64,000 bases of DNA from Alphaproteobacteria bacterium (GCA_964291285.2 OZ219786.1:576001-640000); one strand, 5' to 3'; counted from the stretch's first letter, positions 10,875 through 21,564 are shown. Notes: generated by a model from the sequence alone, not told the origin. A program made the numbers and translations.

Positions 10875-11016
10875 CACATCGGATGGGGGCGCTTTCCGAA
10901 GCACAGCCGTCACCCCGGCCCTGAGCCGGGGGCCAGCCCTGACTCTCGCGGCAGCCTCGGCGGTTCCACCCTCTTTCCACCGGCCGCGGCATCATCGCGA
11001 GCCATGGATGGACCCC

Positions 11017-11253
11017 GATGGTGTGGACGCCTCCTTCCGCCGGCATCGCAATGTGCCAGGGCAGCGGTGTCGAAACAGTGCTACGGGAAGGAGGCATCCA
11101 ACAAAGGAGGTTAGCCTCATCGGGACCGGCCTGTCGAAGAACAGCTTTCAGATGCACGGCGCGTATGCGAACGGTTCGGCGGCGTTCCGTCGCAAGCTGA
11201 CGCGGGGGAAGGTTCTGGCGTTTCTGTCGTCTCAGCCTCGTTGTACGATGGCG
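11017..11253 (+). mobile_element. IS110 family (IS1111-like) left end and transposase N-terminal relic
   Basis: ATGGTGTGGACGCC...CGGCATCGCAATGTGCCA end sequence; 'KEVSLIGTGLSKNSFQMHGA...FRRKLTRGKVLAFLSSQPRCTMA' matches the GIDLAK N-terminus, with start codon and first catalytic Asp lost. Confidence 0.8.
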
Positions 11254-11274
11254 GGCCCTCCAACGACCGTCCGT

Positions 11275-11925
11275 TCATCCGGAACGGCTCGCGCCCCGGA
11301 ACAGCGGATGGCCGAGGGCGGCTTCCAGATCGGCCAGCGCCTGCGCCTCGGTCTCGACCTTGATGGTCGCCATGCCCATGGCGCGGGCCGGCTTGAGATT
11401 GATGCCGAGATCGTCGAGGAAGACGCAGGCCGCCGGCTCCACGCCAAGGCGCTCGCAGGCGAGGCGGTAGAAGGCCGGCTCCGGCTTGCGAACCCCCACC
11501 TCGCGCGACTCGACCACCGCGTCGAACAGCGCCATCGCGTCTGCGATCTCGCGGGCCCCGGGGCCGTCCTCGCCCGGCGCGCGCATATTGTTGGTGAGGC
11601 AGGCGGTCCGGTAGCGGGCCGCGACCGCGCGCAGCGCCGCCACCATGCGCGGCCGCACCGGGCCCTGGATGAGGTCGAGGATTTCGCCGGCGTCCAGCCT
11701 GTAGCCGAGCGCCGCCGCCTCGGCCTCGAAGCGCCGGCGGAATTCGGCCCGGTCGATGTCGCTGCGTTCGAACAGCGCCCAGGCATTGCTGTCCGGGTTG
11801 CGGCTGTTGATACGCCGGACCGCGCCTTCAGGCAGGCCGTTGGCGCGCTCGTAGCGGGCGAAGGCGTCGAAGGGGCTTTCCGTCAGCACGCCGCCGAAAT
11901 CCCAGAGCACCGCCTCGACCGTCAC
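11275..11925 (-). CDS. HAD-IA family hydrolase
   Basis: 'AVLWDFGGVL', 'LTNN', 'RKPEP', 'FLDDLGINL'; GTG start overlaps upstream stop. Confidence 0.9.
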   Translation of the reverse strand: MTVEAVLWDFGGVLTESPFDAFARYERANGLPEGAVRRINSRNPDSNAWALFERSDIDRAEFRRRFEAEAAALGYRLDAGEILDLIQGPVRPRMVAALRAVAARYRTACLTNNMRAPGEDGPGAREIADAMALFDAVVESREVGVRKPEPAFYRLACERLGVEPAACVFLDDLGINLKPARAMGMATIKVETEAQALADLEAALGHPLFRGASRSG

Positions 11926-13031
11926 AACGCGCCTCCCTGGCAGCGGGCCGGGCTCAAAGCGGACTCTTCGAGGCCGAGGTCCCGGATTTCCTGCGGCAGA
12001 CCTTTGCCCGCCGCCAGCGCCGCCACCGTCATCCCCATCGCCGGCGCGGTCTGGATGCCGTAGCCGCCTTGACCCGCGCACCAGAAGAAGCCGGGAACAT
12101 CGGCATCGAAACCCGCCACCAGCGTCTTGTCGGCGACGAAGCTGCGCAAGCCCGCCCAGCGCCGCTCGATGCGGCGAATTTGGAAGACCGTCGCGCGCTC
12201 GATCCGGTCCACCGCCATCGCCACGTCGATCTCCTCCGGCTGCGCATCGCAGGGTGGCGAAGGCGTCTCGTCGGCGAGCGAACCCAGCACGCGGCCCGAT
12301 TCCGGCTTGAAGTAGAATTGCTCATCGACATCGACCGCCATCGGCCACGCGCCGGTTTCCGCCTCGAAGGTGAAGGCGGTGCGCCGCTTGGGCACGAGGC
12401 CGATGGGGGCCGCGCCGGCCAGCGCCGCCACCTCGTCGGCCCAGGCGCCGGCGGCGTTCACCACGATGCGCGCCTCGACCTCTTCCCCGCCCCGGAGCGC
12501 CACCCGCCAGCCGGCCGGTGTTTGCACAAGCGCTTCCACCTCCGCATTGCGCCGGAGCGGCACGCCGCTGAGGAAGCCCCGGTGCAGGGCGTGAATGTCG
12601 ATGTCCGAAGCCTCCGGCTCGAAGACGCCCCCGGCCACGTAGCCTGGCCGGAGCGCGGGTATCAGCCGGCAGACCTCGCCGCTGTCCAGCATCCGGATCT
12701 CCGGGACGAACCGCCGGCCGTCGCGGAAGGCGCCTTCCAGCGAGTCCGACTGGTCGGCGCGCCCGAACAGCACCAGGCCGCGGGGCGTCAGCAGCGGCAC
12801 GTCCGAGAACCCCTCGGGGGGCTTGTCGAAGAACGGCTCCGAGGCGACCGTCAACGCCCGGATCGCAGCATTGCCGTAGGCCTGCGTGTAGAGCGCCGCC
12901 GACCGGCCGGTGGTGTGGTAGCCCGGCTGGTCCTCGCGCTCCAGCAGCAGCACGTCGAAACGCCGGGCGAGGAAATGCGCGGCGGACGCCCCGGCCATGC
13001 CGGCGCCGATGACGACGATGTCAGGCATCAT
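11922..13031 (-). CDS. FAD-dependent oxidoreductase (DadA/D-amino acid oxidase family)
   Basis: 'IVVIGAGMAG', 'HTTGRSAA', 'VVNAAGAWAD', 'GQGGYGIQTAPA'. Confidence 0.92.
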   Translation of the reverse strand: MMPDIVVIGAGMAGASAAHFLARRFDVLLLEREDQPGYHTTGRSAALYTQAYGNAAIRALTVASEPFFDKPPEGFSDVPLLTPRGLVLFGRADQSDSLEGAFRDGRRFVPEIRMLDSGEVCRLIPALRPGYVAGGVFEPEASDIDIHALHRGFLSGVPLRRNAEVEALVQTPAGWRVALRGGEEVEARIVVNAAGAWADEVAALAGAAPIGLVPKRRTAFTFEAETGAWPMAVDVDEQFYFKPESGRVLGSLADETPSPPCDAQPEEIDVAMAVDRIERATVFQIRRIERRWAGLRSFVADKTLVAGFDADVPGFFWCAGQGGYGIQTAPAMGMTVAALAAGKGLPQEIRDLGLEESALSPARCQGGAL

Positions 13032-13650
13032 CTTCCTTTCCGGGCGCGTCGAGGCGCATGGCAACGCGCGGCACCCAGTTTCGGGGCAGGCCCTCCAGGG
13101 GCCCGCGAACGACCCGGAAGCCGGCCCGGCGGAACAGCGGCTCGGTGCCGAAAAATGCGTTGTCGGCGCCGGTGCGCGCCTCGCCGGCGCGGGGATAGGC
13201 CTCGACCGCCGGCGCGCCGCACTCGAAGGCGTATGCCGCCGCCGCCCGAATCAGGGCCACGGCGACGCCGCGCCCGCGGGCCGTCTTCCGCACGGTGACG
13301 CAGGGTATCGCCCAGACCGGGACCGCATCGACCGCCGGCGTCGCCCTGGAGGCGCAGACCCGGGCGAACGCCGGGCGCGGCGCGACGGCCGCCCACCCGA
13401 CCGCCTCCTCCCCTTCGAAGGCGACCAGCCCCGGCGCCGGGGCGGCCCGCGCAAGTCCGGTCATGGCGGCGCGGCGGCGCGGGCCCAGGGGCCCCGTGCC
13501 CGGCAAAGCCTCGAATTCCTTTGCCGACAGCCTCGGATACATGCACCAGCAGGTCCTGCCCCAGCTCCCCCGGAGGACGCTTCCGAGCGCATTCATCAGC
13601 GCCGGCTCCAGCGGACGGAAAGTCAGCGGCGGGCGGTCATCCTGCGGCAT
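13021..13650 (-). CDS. GNAT family N-acetyltransferase
   Basis: 'CWCMY', 'VRKTARGRGVAVALI', 'VEAYP', 'LFRRAGF'; start at MPQDD. Confidence 0.85.
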   Translation of the reverse strand: MPQDDRPPLTFRPLEPALMNALGSVLRGSWGRTCWCMYPRLSAKEFEALPGTGPLGPRRRAAMTGLARAAPAPGLVAFEGEEAVGWAAVAPRPAFARVCASRATPAVDAVPVWAIPCVTVRKTARGRGVAVALIRAAAAYAFECGAPAVEAYPRAGEARTGADNAFFGTEPLFRRAGFRVVRGPLEGLPRNWVPRVAMRLDAPGKEDDA

Positions 13651-13653
13651 TGA

Positions 13654-14799
<1,146 letters not shown>

Positions 14800-14812
14800 G
14801 GGAGCCACCTTT

Positions 14813-15679
14813 TTGCAGGAACAACGCGCAGGGCCGGAGGTCAAGGCCGAAACGCCGGTCCAGGCGACCCTGCGCCGGGCCGTGTTCGCCCTTCTCGTTA
14901 CCGTGTCCCTGGTCGCGCTGGTCGTCGGCAAGGCGGAAGTCTATGTCTTCGACTGGGTCAAGAGCGGTGTGGGAGATCTACTGGCGCCCGTTCTGCAGAC
15001 CGTGACCCTGCCAGTGCGGGCCGCTCGCGATATCGGCAGCAATCTCGGCCGGGTGGCGGCATTGACCGAAGAAAATGCCCGGCTCCGGGACGAGAATGCG
15101 CGCCTGCGCCAATGGCAGGCGCTCGCGCTGCGGTTGGATGGACAGAACCGCGAATTGCGCCGCCTGCTGCGTTTCGATCCGGGCGAGGAGGTTCACACGG
15201 TTGCTGCGCGGGTGATCGCCGACACAGGCGGCCTCTACGCCCGCAGCATGCTGATGGACGCCGGCAGCCGCCAGGGCGTTCGCGCGGACCAGGCGGTGAT
15301 CTCCGGCGAGGGACTGGTCGGACGGGTGGTGTCGGCAGGCGCGCGCAGTGCGCGGGTGCTGCTGATTACCGACCGGCGCTCGCATATTCCGGTGCTGGCG
15401 GGTCCGGACCGTGTTCATGCCATCCTTGTCGGCAATAACGGCGCCCGGCTCAATTTGCGTTTCCTGCCGCGGAATGCAGCTCTGGCAGCCGGAGATGTGA
15501 TCGTCACGTCCGGTCGCGGCGGGGTATTTCCTCCCGGCCTTCCCGTTGGCGATGTCAGCGCCGCCGCGCGCTCCGGCGGCGGCGTGGAAGTTGTGCCGCA
15601 TGTGGACTGGACGCGGCTGGAGTTCGTTCGGGTCATCGACCGGAGCGCGCCGGACGTCGCCGCGCTTGCCGAGGAATAG
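14813..15679 (+). CDS. mreC: Rod shape-determining protein MreC
   Basis: TM helix + coiled coil, 'GLVGRV', 'VTSGRGGVFPPGLPVG'; TTG start after GGGGAG is inferred. Confidence 0.92.
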   Translation: MQEQRAGPEVKAETPVQATLRRAVFALLVTVSLVALVVGKAEVYVFDWVKSGVGDLLAPVLQTVTLPVRAARDIGSNLGRVAALTEENARLRDENARLRQWQALALRLDGQNRELRRLLRFDPGEEVHTVAARVIADTGGLYARSMLMDAGSRQGVRADQAVISGEGLVGRVVSAGARSARVLLITDRRSHIPVLAGPDRVHAILVGNNGARLNLRFLPRNAALAAGDVIVTSGRGGVFPPGLPVGDVSAAARSGGGVEVVPHVDWTRLEFVRVIDRSAPDVAALAEE

Positions 15680-16177
15680 ATGCTGACGCATCTTGACCGG
15701 GCAGCGCGCGCCGCGGTTCCCGCAGCAAGCATTGTCGTGCTGCTGCTCATCTCGCTTGTGCCCTGGATCGGCGACCGCGCCGCGCCGGCCCTCGCCCTTG
15801 CGGCAGTGCACTACTGGGCCGGAAGGCGCCCGGACCTTGTGCCGGCGCCCTTCGTCTTTGCTGTCGGCCTTACGCATGACAGCGTCGCAGACGCGCCGTT
15901 CGGACTCATGGCGCTCGTCTATCTGTTCGTGCTTGGGGCTGCGCGCAGCCAGCGCTTTCTGGTCGTCGGCCAACCCTTCGTCGCCGGTTGGGCAGTATTC
16001 ACCGTCGTGGCGTGCGCGGCCAGTGCGATCGCGTGGATCGGCGCTTCCCTCTATTACGGCGCGGCGCTCTCGGTCGGCGCGCCCGCGGCCGTGCTCCTGC
16101 TCACCGTGCTCACCTTCCCTGCTGTCGCGGGGGCGCTGGCCGTTCTGGATTTCGCGGCGTTGAAGCGAAGCGCCTGA
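15680..16177 (+). CDS. mreD: Rod shape-determining protein MreD
   Basis: Hydrophobic, 'HYWAGRRPDL', position between mreC and mrdA. Confidence 0.85.
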   Translation: MLTHLDRAARAAVPAASIVVLLLISLVPWIGDRAAPALALAAVHYWAGRRPDLVPAPFVFAVGLTHDSVADAPFGLMALVYLFVLGAARSQRFLVVGQPFVAGWAVFTVVACAASAIAWIGASLYYGAALSVGAPAAVLLLTVLTFPAVAGALAVLDFAALKRSA

Positions 16178-17988
16178 TGACGGGCGTTCGCAGCAGGACC
16201 CAATTGATCCGCCGCCGCGCCCTGCTCGTCGGCGGCGTCCAGGTCGGCCTGATCGGGTTGCTGGCAGGCCGCCTGGTGCAACTGCAGGTGCTGGAAGGCG
16301 ACCGCTATTCGCGTCGCGCCGAGGACAATCGCACCGCCGAACGCCCGCTGGCTCCGGAGCGCGGCGAGATTCTGGACCGACGGGGCCGGCCGCTGGCCCG
16401 CAACCGGGAGACCTACCGCTTGCTGCTGGTCCCGGAAAAGGCGGGCCCGATCGATGTCGCGCTCGATGAAATCGGGCGCCTCGCGGCACTCGGCCCGACG
16501 GCGCGCGAGCGGGTTCGAAGAACAGTGCAAAAGCAGCCGGGCTTCGAGCCGGTCGTCGTCCTCGACGACATGTCATGGGAGGAAATGGCCCGTCTTTCGC
16601 TGGCAATTGCAGAACGCGAGGGCATTTTCACGAATGCCGCGCAGCGCCGGATCTATCCGCTCGGACCGGCGGCTGCCCACGCCATCGGCTATGTCGGCCG
16701 CGTGTCGCAGAAGGACCTGGAGCGGTCCGACGACGCCTCGCTGCTGCGTATGCCCGATTTCCGTATCGGGAAAACGGGCATCGAGCGCACCCAGGATGAA
16801 ACATTGCGGGGCGCGGCCGGTACACGCCTGATGGAGATTACCTCCACCGGCCGCCAGCGGCGGGAGTTGGGGCGGCAGGAAGGCCTGTCCGGCGAAACGC
16901 TTCGCCTCACGCTCGACGCCAAGCTCCAGCGATTTGCAGCCGGACTGTTCGGGGAGGAGACCGGCGCGGCCGTGTTGATGGATGTGCGGAGCGGCGGCCT
17001 GCTGGCCACCGTGTCGGCGCCCAGTTTCGACCCCGGCGCATTCCACGACGGAATCGCAGACCGGCAGGAGTGGCTGTCTCTCGCCGGCGACCCCCTGCAT
17101 CCGCTCAGCAATCGCGCCGTTTCCGGCCAGTATGCACCGGGATCGACCTTCAAGATTGTCGTCGCGCTGGCGGCGCTCGAAGCGGGGGTGGTGTCGGCGG
17201 AACAGTCCTTCTTCTGCAACGGCGTCCACGAGCTTGGCACCGGGCGGTTCCACTGCTGGCGCCGTGGCGGGCACGGGCATGTCGATCTGTTCAAAGCGCT
17301 CCAGCAGTCCTGCGACATCTACTTTTACGAGATCGCGCAGCGGACGGGCATCGACCGGATCGCGGCAATGGCGAGAAAGCTCGGTTTCGGGGCGGCGACC
17401 GGGATTGAACTTCCCGGAGAGCATAGCGGGCTCATTCCCACCAAGGCGTGGAAGCACGAGGCGCGCAACGAATCCTGGCAGGTCGGAGAGACGCTGCTCG
17501 CCGGAATCGGCCAAGGCTATGTGCTCGCCACGCCGATGCAGTTGGCGACCATGACCGCCCGGCTCGCCAATGGGGCCTATGCAGTCCTCCCCAGGCTGAT
17601 CGGCGGCGAGAACGCCCCCGAGCTCAAGATCGACAGGCGATTTCTGAGGGTTGTGCGCAAGGGTCTGGCCGCCGTCACCGGCTCGCGGCGGGGCACCGCC
17701 TGGAATGCCCGGATCGAGGAAGACGGGTTCGAGATGGCGGGCAAGACCGGCACCTCACAGGTCAGGCGCATCTCCAGGCTCGAGCGCCGGCTCGGCGTTC
17801 GCAAGAACGAGGACCTGCCGCGGGAACAGCGCGACCATGCGCTCTTCGTCGGCTACGCACCTGCCGACAAGCCGCGCTACGCTGCCGCCGTCGTCGTCGA
17901 GCATGGCGGCAGCGGGTCCAAGGCGGCCGCGCCCATTGCGCGCGACCTGCTGCTGGCCGCCCAGAAGGCGGAGACCGTCGCATCATGA
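16177..17988 (+). CDS. mrdA: Penicillin-binding protein 2
   Basis: SxxK (STFK), SxD (SCD), KTG; 'RGEILDRRG' dimerisation domain. Confidence 0.95.
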   Translation: MTGVRSRTQLIRRRALLVGGVQVGLIGLLAGRLVQLQVLEGDRYSRRAEDNRTAERPLAPERGEILDRRGRPLARNRETYRLLLVPEKAGPIDVALDEIGRLAALGPTARERVRRTVQKQPGFEPVVVLDDMSWEEMARLSLAIAEREGIFTNAAQRRIYPLGPAAAHAIGYVGRVSQKDLERSDDASLLRMPDFRIGKTGIERTQDETLRGAAGTRLMEITSTGRQRRELGRQEGLSGETLRLTLDAKLQRFAAGLFGEETGAAVLMDVRSGGLLATVSAPSFDPGAFHDGIADRQEWLSLAGDPLHPLSNRAVSGQYAPGSTFKIVVALAALEAGVVSAEQSFFCNGVHELGTGRFHCWRRGGHGHVDLFKALQQSCDIYFYEIAQRTGIDRIAAMARKLGFGAATGIELPGEHSGLIPTKAWKHEARNESWQVGETLLAGIGQGYVLATPMQLATMTARLANGAYAVLPRLIGGENAPELKIDRRFLRVVRKGLAAVTGSRRGTAWNARIEEDGFEMAGKTGTSQVRRISRLERRLGVRKNEDLPREQRDHALFVGYAPADKPRYAAAVVVEHGGSGSKAAAPIARDLLLAAQKAETVAS

Positions 17989-19160
17989 AGGCTTGGGAGG
18001 TGCGCCAGCCGGGCCTTGGAGTCGGCGGACTGCTGCTCCGGATAGACTGGGTGCTGGTCATTCTTCTGGCGCTCACGACCGCAGTCGGGTTCGCCATGCT
18101 CTATTCGGCCGCCGGGGGGAATATCCGGCCCTGGGCCGGCCCGCATGCCCTGCGTTTCGGCGCCGGCATGGTGGTCATGATGGCCATTGCGCTGATCGAC
18201 ATCCGCTTCTGGCTGCGTTGCGCCTATCCGATCTATGCCGCCTCCCTCCTGCTCGTCATCGGGGTGGAATTTCTGGGGGAGGTCGGCATGGGGGCCCAGC
18301 GCTGGCTGAAGCTCGGCCCGCTGTCGGTCCAGCCGTCCGAATTCATGAAGATCGCGTTGGTGCTGGCGCTCGCCCGCCACTTCCATGCCCTCGACGACAG
18401 GGAGGCGAACAACTGGCCCTGGCTGCTGCTGGCGTTGGCGCTGATTGCGGTCCCGGCCCTGTTGGTCGCGCGGCAACCGGATCTCGGGACGGCGGCCATG
18501 ATCGGGGCCGGCGGCATGGCCCTGCTTTTTCTGGGCGGCATCTCCTGGCGGCTGTTCGCGCTTTTCGGCATCGCGGCAGGGGCGCTGGTGCCGGCGGTCT
18601 GGTACGGGCTGAAAGACTATCAGCGCGACAGGGTGCTCACCTTCCTCGATCCCGGGCGCGACCTTACCGGCGCCGGCTACCACGGCTACCAGTCGAAAAT
18701 CGGCATCGGTTCGGGCGGCGAGTTCGGAAAGGGCTATCTGGAGGGCACGCAAAGCCATCTGGGCTTCCTGCCGGAAAGCCACACGGACTTCATTTTCGCC
18801 GTCATTTCCGAGGAATTCGGCCTTGCCGGCGGCCTCTTCGTCCTCGCGCTCTATCTGTCCGTCATGGGCTACGGTTTCGCCATCGGCTTCATGGCGCGGA
18901 ACGATTTCGCCCGGCTGCTCGCTTTCGGCGTCACCTTCACCTTCTTCCTGTTCGTGTTCGCCAATGTCGCCATGGTCGCCGGCCTGATCCCGGTGGTCGG
19001 CGTGCCGCTGCCGTTCATCTCCTACGGCGGCACGGCGATGCTGACGCTCCAGATCGGCTTCGGCCTCGTGCTCTCGGCCAAGGTTTACCGGGATGTCGAA
19101 ATGGCGGAGGAAGCCTCCGGCCGGCCGGCGGGGCCGGGGTCGATCGCCGCGATGCGCTGA
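17985..19160 (+). CDS. rodA: Rod shape-determining protein RodA
   Basis: 'GAQRW', 'QPSEFMK', 'QPDLGTA', 'FLPESHTDFIF', 'PLPFISYGG'. Confidence 0.95.
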   Translation: MKAWEVRQPGLGVGGLLLRIDWVLVILLALTTAVGFAMLYSAAGGNIRPWAGPHALRFGAGMVVMMAIALIDIRFWLRCAYPIYAASLLLVIGVEFLGEVGMGAQRWLKLGPLSVQPSEFMKIALVLALARHFHALDDREANNWPWLLLALALIAVPALLVARQPDLGTAAMIGAGGMALLFLGGISWRLFALFGIAAGALVPAVWYGLKDYQRDRVLTFLDPGRDLTGAGYHGYQSKIGIGSGGEFGKGYLEGTQSHLGFLPESHTDFIFAVISEEFGLAGGLFVLALYLSVMGYGFAIGFMARNDFARLLAFGVTFTFFLFVFANVAMVAGLIPVVGVPLPFISYGGTAMLTLQIGFGLVLSAKVYRDVEMAEEASGRPAGPGSIAAMR

Positions 19161-19621
19161 ACCATCTTCGGGCCTTCCACCCGGCCGTGCTCATAGGCCA
19201 GCACGACAAGGCGGCCGCCGACCGCCTGGAGCAGTTCGCCCGGCTGCAGAAGGAAGTCCGGATTGCGGGGACGCCCGAAGGCCTCCTGACCTCGGGCGAA
19301 TGTCTCGTAAAGCAGCAGGCCGCCCGGCGCGACGAGTGAAATCGCGGCGGCGAGCGTCGGGCGGTGCAGGTAGTTGACCACCACCACCGCCCCGAACCGC
19401 CGATCGGCGAAAGGCCAGGGGCTGCCGTCCTCGAGGTCCCACGCAAAGCCGCCCGGCAGCCGGGAGATATCCCTGTCCACCGCAAGCACCGGGTGGCCGC
19501 GGGCGGCGAAGAACCGCGTATGGCGGCCTTCGCCGGCGGCCAGGTCGAGCACGGGCGCGGCAGGCGGCACGAGATGGGCGAAACGCGCGATCCAGGCCGA
19601 GGCTGGCATCGGTCCCTTCAT
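19085..19621 (-). CDS. Class I SAM-dependent methyltransferase
   Basis: 'VLDLAAGEGRH', 'VVVVNYLHRP', 'LAPGG'-like 'VAPGGLLLYETF'. Confidence 0.85.
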   Translation of the reverse strand: MKGPMPASAWIARFAHLVPPAAPVLDLAAGEGRHTRFFAARGHPVLAVDRDISRLPGGFAWDLEDGSPWPFADRRFGAVVVVNYLHRPTLAAAISLVAPGGLLLYETFARGQEAFGRPRNPDFLLQPGELLQAVGGRLVVLAYEHGRVEGPKMVQRIAAIDPGPAGRPEASSAISTSR

Positions 19622-19638
19622 GGCACTATATGTAGCGC

Positions 19639-20061
19639 ATGATCGTTTACCGGCTCACCTGCAAGAACGAGCACGAGTTCGAGGTCTGGTTCCGCGACAG
19701 CGCCGCCTGCGACGCGCAGATCGCGGAGGGCAAGGTGATATGCCCGCATTGCGGAGACAGTTCGGCGCGCAAGAGCCTGATGACGCCCAATGTCGCGCCC
19801 AAGGGAACGGACAGCGCCGCCGACAAACTCTCGGCGCGCCGGGCCGTCATGATGCGGGAGCTCCGGGAACTGCGCCGCAAGGTCGAGGAAAACTGCGACT
19901 ATGTCGGTCCCCGCTTTGCGGAGGAAGCGCGCCGCATTCATTACGGCGAGGCCGACAGCCATGCCATCTACGGCGAAACGACGCCCGAGGAGGCCCGGGC
20001 GCTGACCGACGAAGGCATCGAGTTCGGGCGCATCCCCTGGGCGCCCAGGCTGGACAGCTAG
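19639..20061 (+). CDS. DUF1178 family protein
   Basis: 'MIVYRLTC..HEFEVWF...CPHCG...YVGPRFAEEARRIHYGE'. Confidence 0.9.
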   Translation: MIVYRLTCKNEHEFEVWFRDSAACDAQIAEGKVICPHCGDSSARKSLMTPNVAPKGTDSAADKLSARRAVMMRELRELRRKVEENCDYVGPRFAEEARRIHYGEADSHAIYGETTPEEARALTDEGIEFGRIPWAPRLDS

Positions 20062-20082
20062 GGCGGGCGGCCCGCCTTTTCT

Positions 20083-21420
20083 TCAGCGTCCCCCGACCGT
20101 CATGGCCTCAACCCGCAGGGTCGGCGCGTTCGCCGTGCCGCGGAATACCAGATCGTCGGCGGCGTCGAGGCCGAGCAGCATGTCGCGCAACTCCCCGGCT
20201 ATCGTGATCTCGCTCACCGGCTCGGCGAGCTTTCCGCCCCGAATCGCGAAACCCGCCGCGCCCTGGCTGTAGCGTCCGGCGACGAGATCGACGCCGTGCC
20301 CCATGAGCGCGGTCACGAACAGGCCGTTCTCGATCTCGCCGATCAGCTCTTCCGGCGAGAGGCGGCCCGGCTCGAGGTAGAGATTGGACGATGAGGGGCC
20401 GGGCGCGGACCCGGCGCTGCGGGAAGCGTGGCCGGTCGGCGGAAGGCCCAGCTGGCGGGCGGAGCGCAGGTCCAACAGCCATGAGCGGAGCACGCCGCCC
20501 TCGACCAGCGCACGGCGCCTGCAGGGCAGACCTTCGCCGTCGAACGGGCGCGAGCCGAGTCCCCGCCCGCGCCCCGGATCGTCGATCAGGTTCATGCCGT
20601 CCTTCAGCACCGCCTCGCCCATGGCGTCCTTGAGGAAGCTCGTGCCGCGCGCAACGGCGGCGCCGTTGATGGCGCCGGCAAGCGCGCCGACCAGCCCTCC
20701 GGCCAGGCGCTGCTCGAAGACCACCGGCATCACGGTCGTGTCGGGCTTGACGGGCCCCAGCCGCTTCACCGCGCGCTCGCCCGCGCTCCGGCCCACCGCC
20801 GCCGGCTCCGCAAGGTCCGACGCGTGGACGGCGCGGGACCAGTCATATCCGCTCTCCATCGCCGTGCCCTCGCCCGCCAGAACGGACACGGACAGCCCGC
20901 ATCCCGACCTCCGGTAGCCGCCCGCGAACCCGTTGCTGGAGACGAGCGCGACATGGGCCTCGCTGCGGCTGGCCCCGGCGCCCTCGGAATTGGTGACGCC
21001 CGCGACGTCGAGCGCCGCCGCCTCGGCTTCCAGGGCCTTTCCGACAAGGTCTTCCGAAGCCGGCCGGGCGTCGTCATAGAGGTCGAGTTCCGGCCATTCC
21101 TCCGCAAGGAGCGCCGGCTCCGCCAGCCCGGCATGGGGATCTTCAGGCGCGGCCCGCGCCATGGCGACCGCCCGCTCGACCAGCGCGGACGCCGTTTCCG
21201 CCTGCCGGTCGGCGGTCGCGACAATCGCCTGGCGGCGCCCGACCAGCACCCGCAGCCCGGTCTTGCGCAGCTCGGAGCGCTCCATATGCTCGATCTTGCC
21301 GAGCCGCACCGCCGCATCCAGCGAGCGGCTGTCGATATCGACGGCATCGGCCTCGTCGGCGCCCCGGGCGCGGGCTTCGCGCACAAGGTCGCCCAGGAAG
21401 TTCAGGACATCGTTTGCCAT
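20083..21420 (-). CDS. pmbA: TldD/PmbA family protein (PmbA/TldE)
   Basis: 'SRPFDGEG', 'YSQGAAGF', 'PVSEITIAG', 'PTLRVEAMTVGG'. Confidence 0.9.
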   Translation of the reverse strand: MANDVLNFLGDLVREARARGADEADAVDIDSRSLDAAVRLGKIEHMERSELRKTGLRVLVGRRQAIVATADRQAETASALVERAVAMARAAPEDPHAGLAEPALLAEEWPELDLYDDARPASEDLVGKALEAEAAALDVAGVTNSEGAGASRSEAHVALVSSNGFAGGYRRSGCGLSVSVLAGEGTAMESGYDWSRAVHASDLAEPAAVGRSAGERAVKRLGPVKPDTTVMPVVFEQRLAGGLVGALAGAINGAAVARGTSFLKDAMGEAVLKDGMNLIDDPGRGRGLGSRPFDGEGLPCRRRALVEGGVLRSWLLDLRSARQLGLPPTGHASRSAGSAPGPSSSNLYLEPGRLSPEELIGEIENGLFVTALMGHGVDLVAGRYSQGAAGFAIRGGKLAEPVSEITIAGELRDMLLGLDAADDLVFRGTANAPTLRVEAMTVGGR

Positions 21421-21507
21421 GGCGGTCCGAACATAGCCCACGGTGCGGCTCCCGTCTCGCCGCCGACATGTCCCGCACGGCGCGGGCGCGGCATATCGCA
21501 ACGCAAC

Positions 21508-21539
21508 AAAAAAGGGCCGCCCCCTTTCGGGAGCGGCCC
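21508..21539 (-). terminator. Intrinsic terminator of phasin gene
   Basis: GGGCCGC...GCGGCCC stem followed by a T-run on the minus strand. Confidence 0.8.
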
Positions 21540-21564
21540 GGCGCGAAGGGGAGGAACTACGCGC

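Larger units (their letters stand above)
10397..11016 (+). repeat. Dispersed element, copy 1 (promoter + structured leader + TerS-like ORF remnant + decamer repeats + REP-like hairpin)
   Basis: Colinear, highly similar reverse complement of 23232-23969. Confidence 0.92.

Noticed and set aside
10850-10877. CRISPR array or other spacer-containing repeat
   Set aside because: Units are 10 bp with no unique spacers; no cas genes in the window
10861-12063. 400-aa ORF as a real gene
   Set aside because: A chance read-through of REP sequence, the IS110 relic and the antisense strand of the HAD gene
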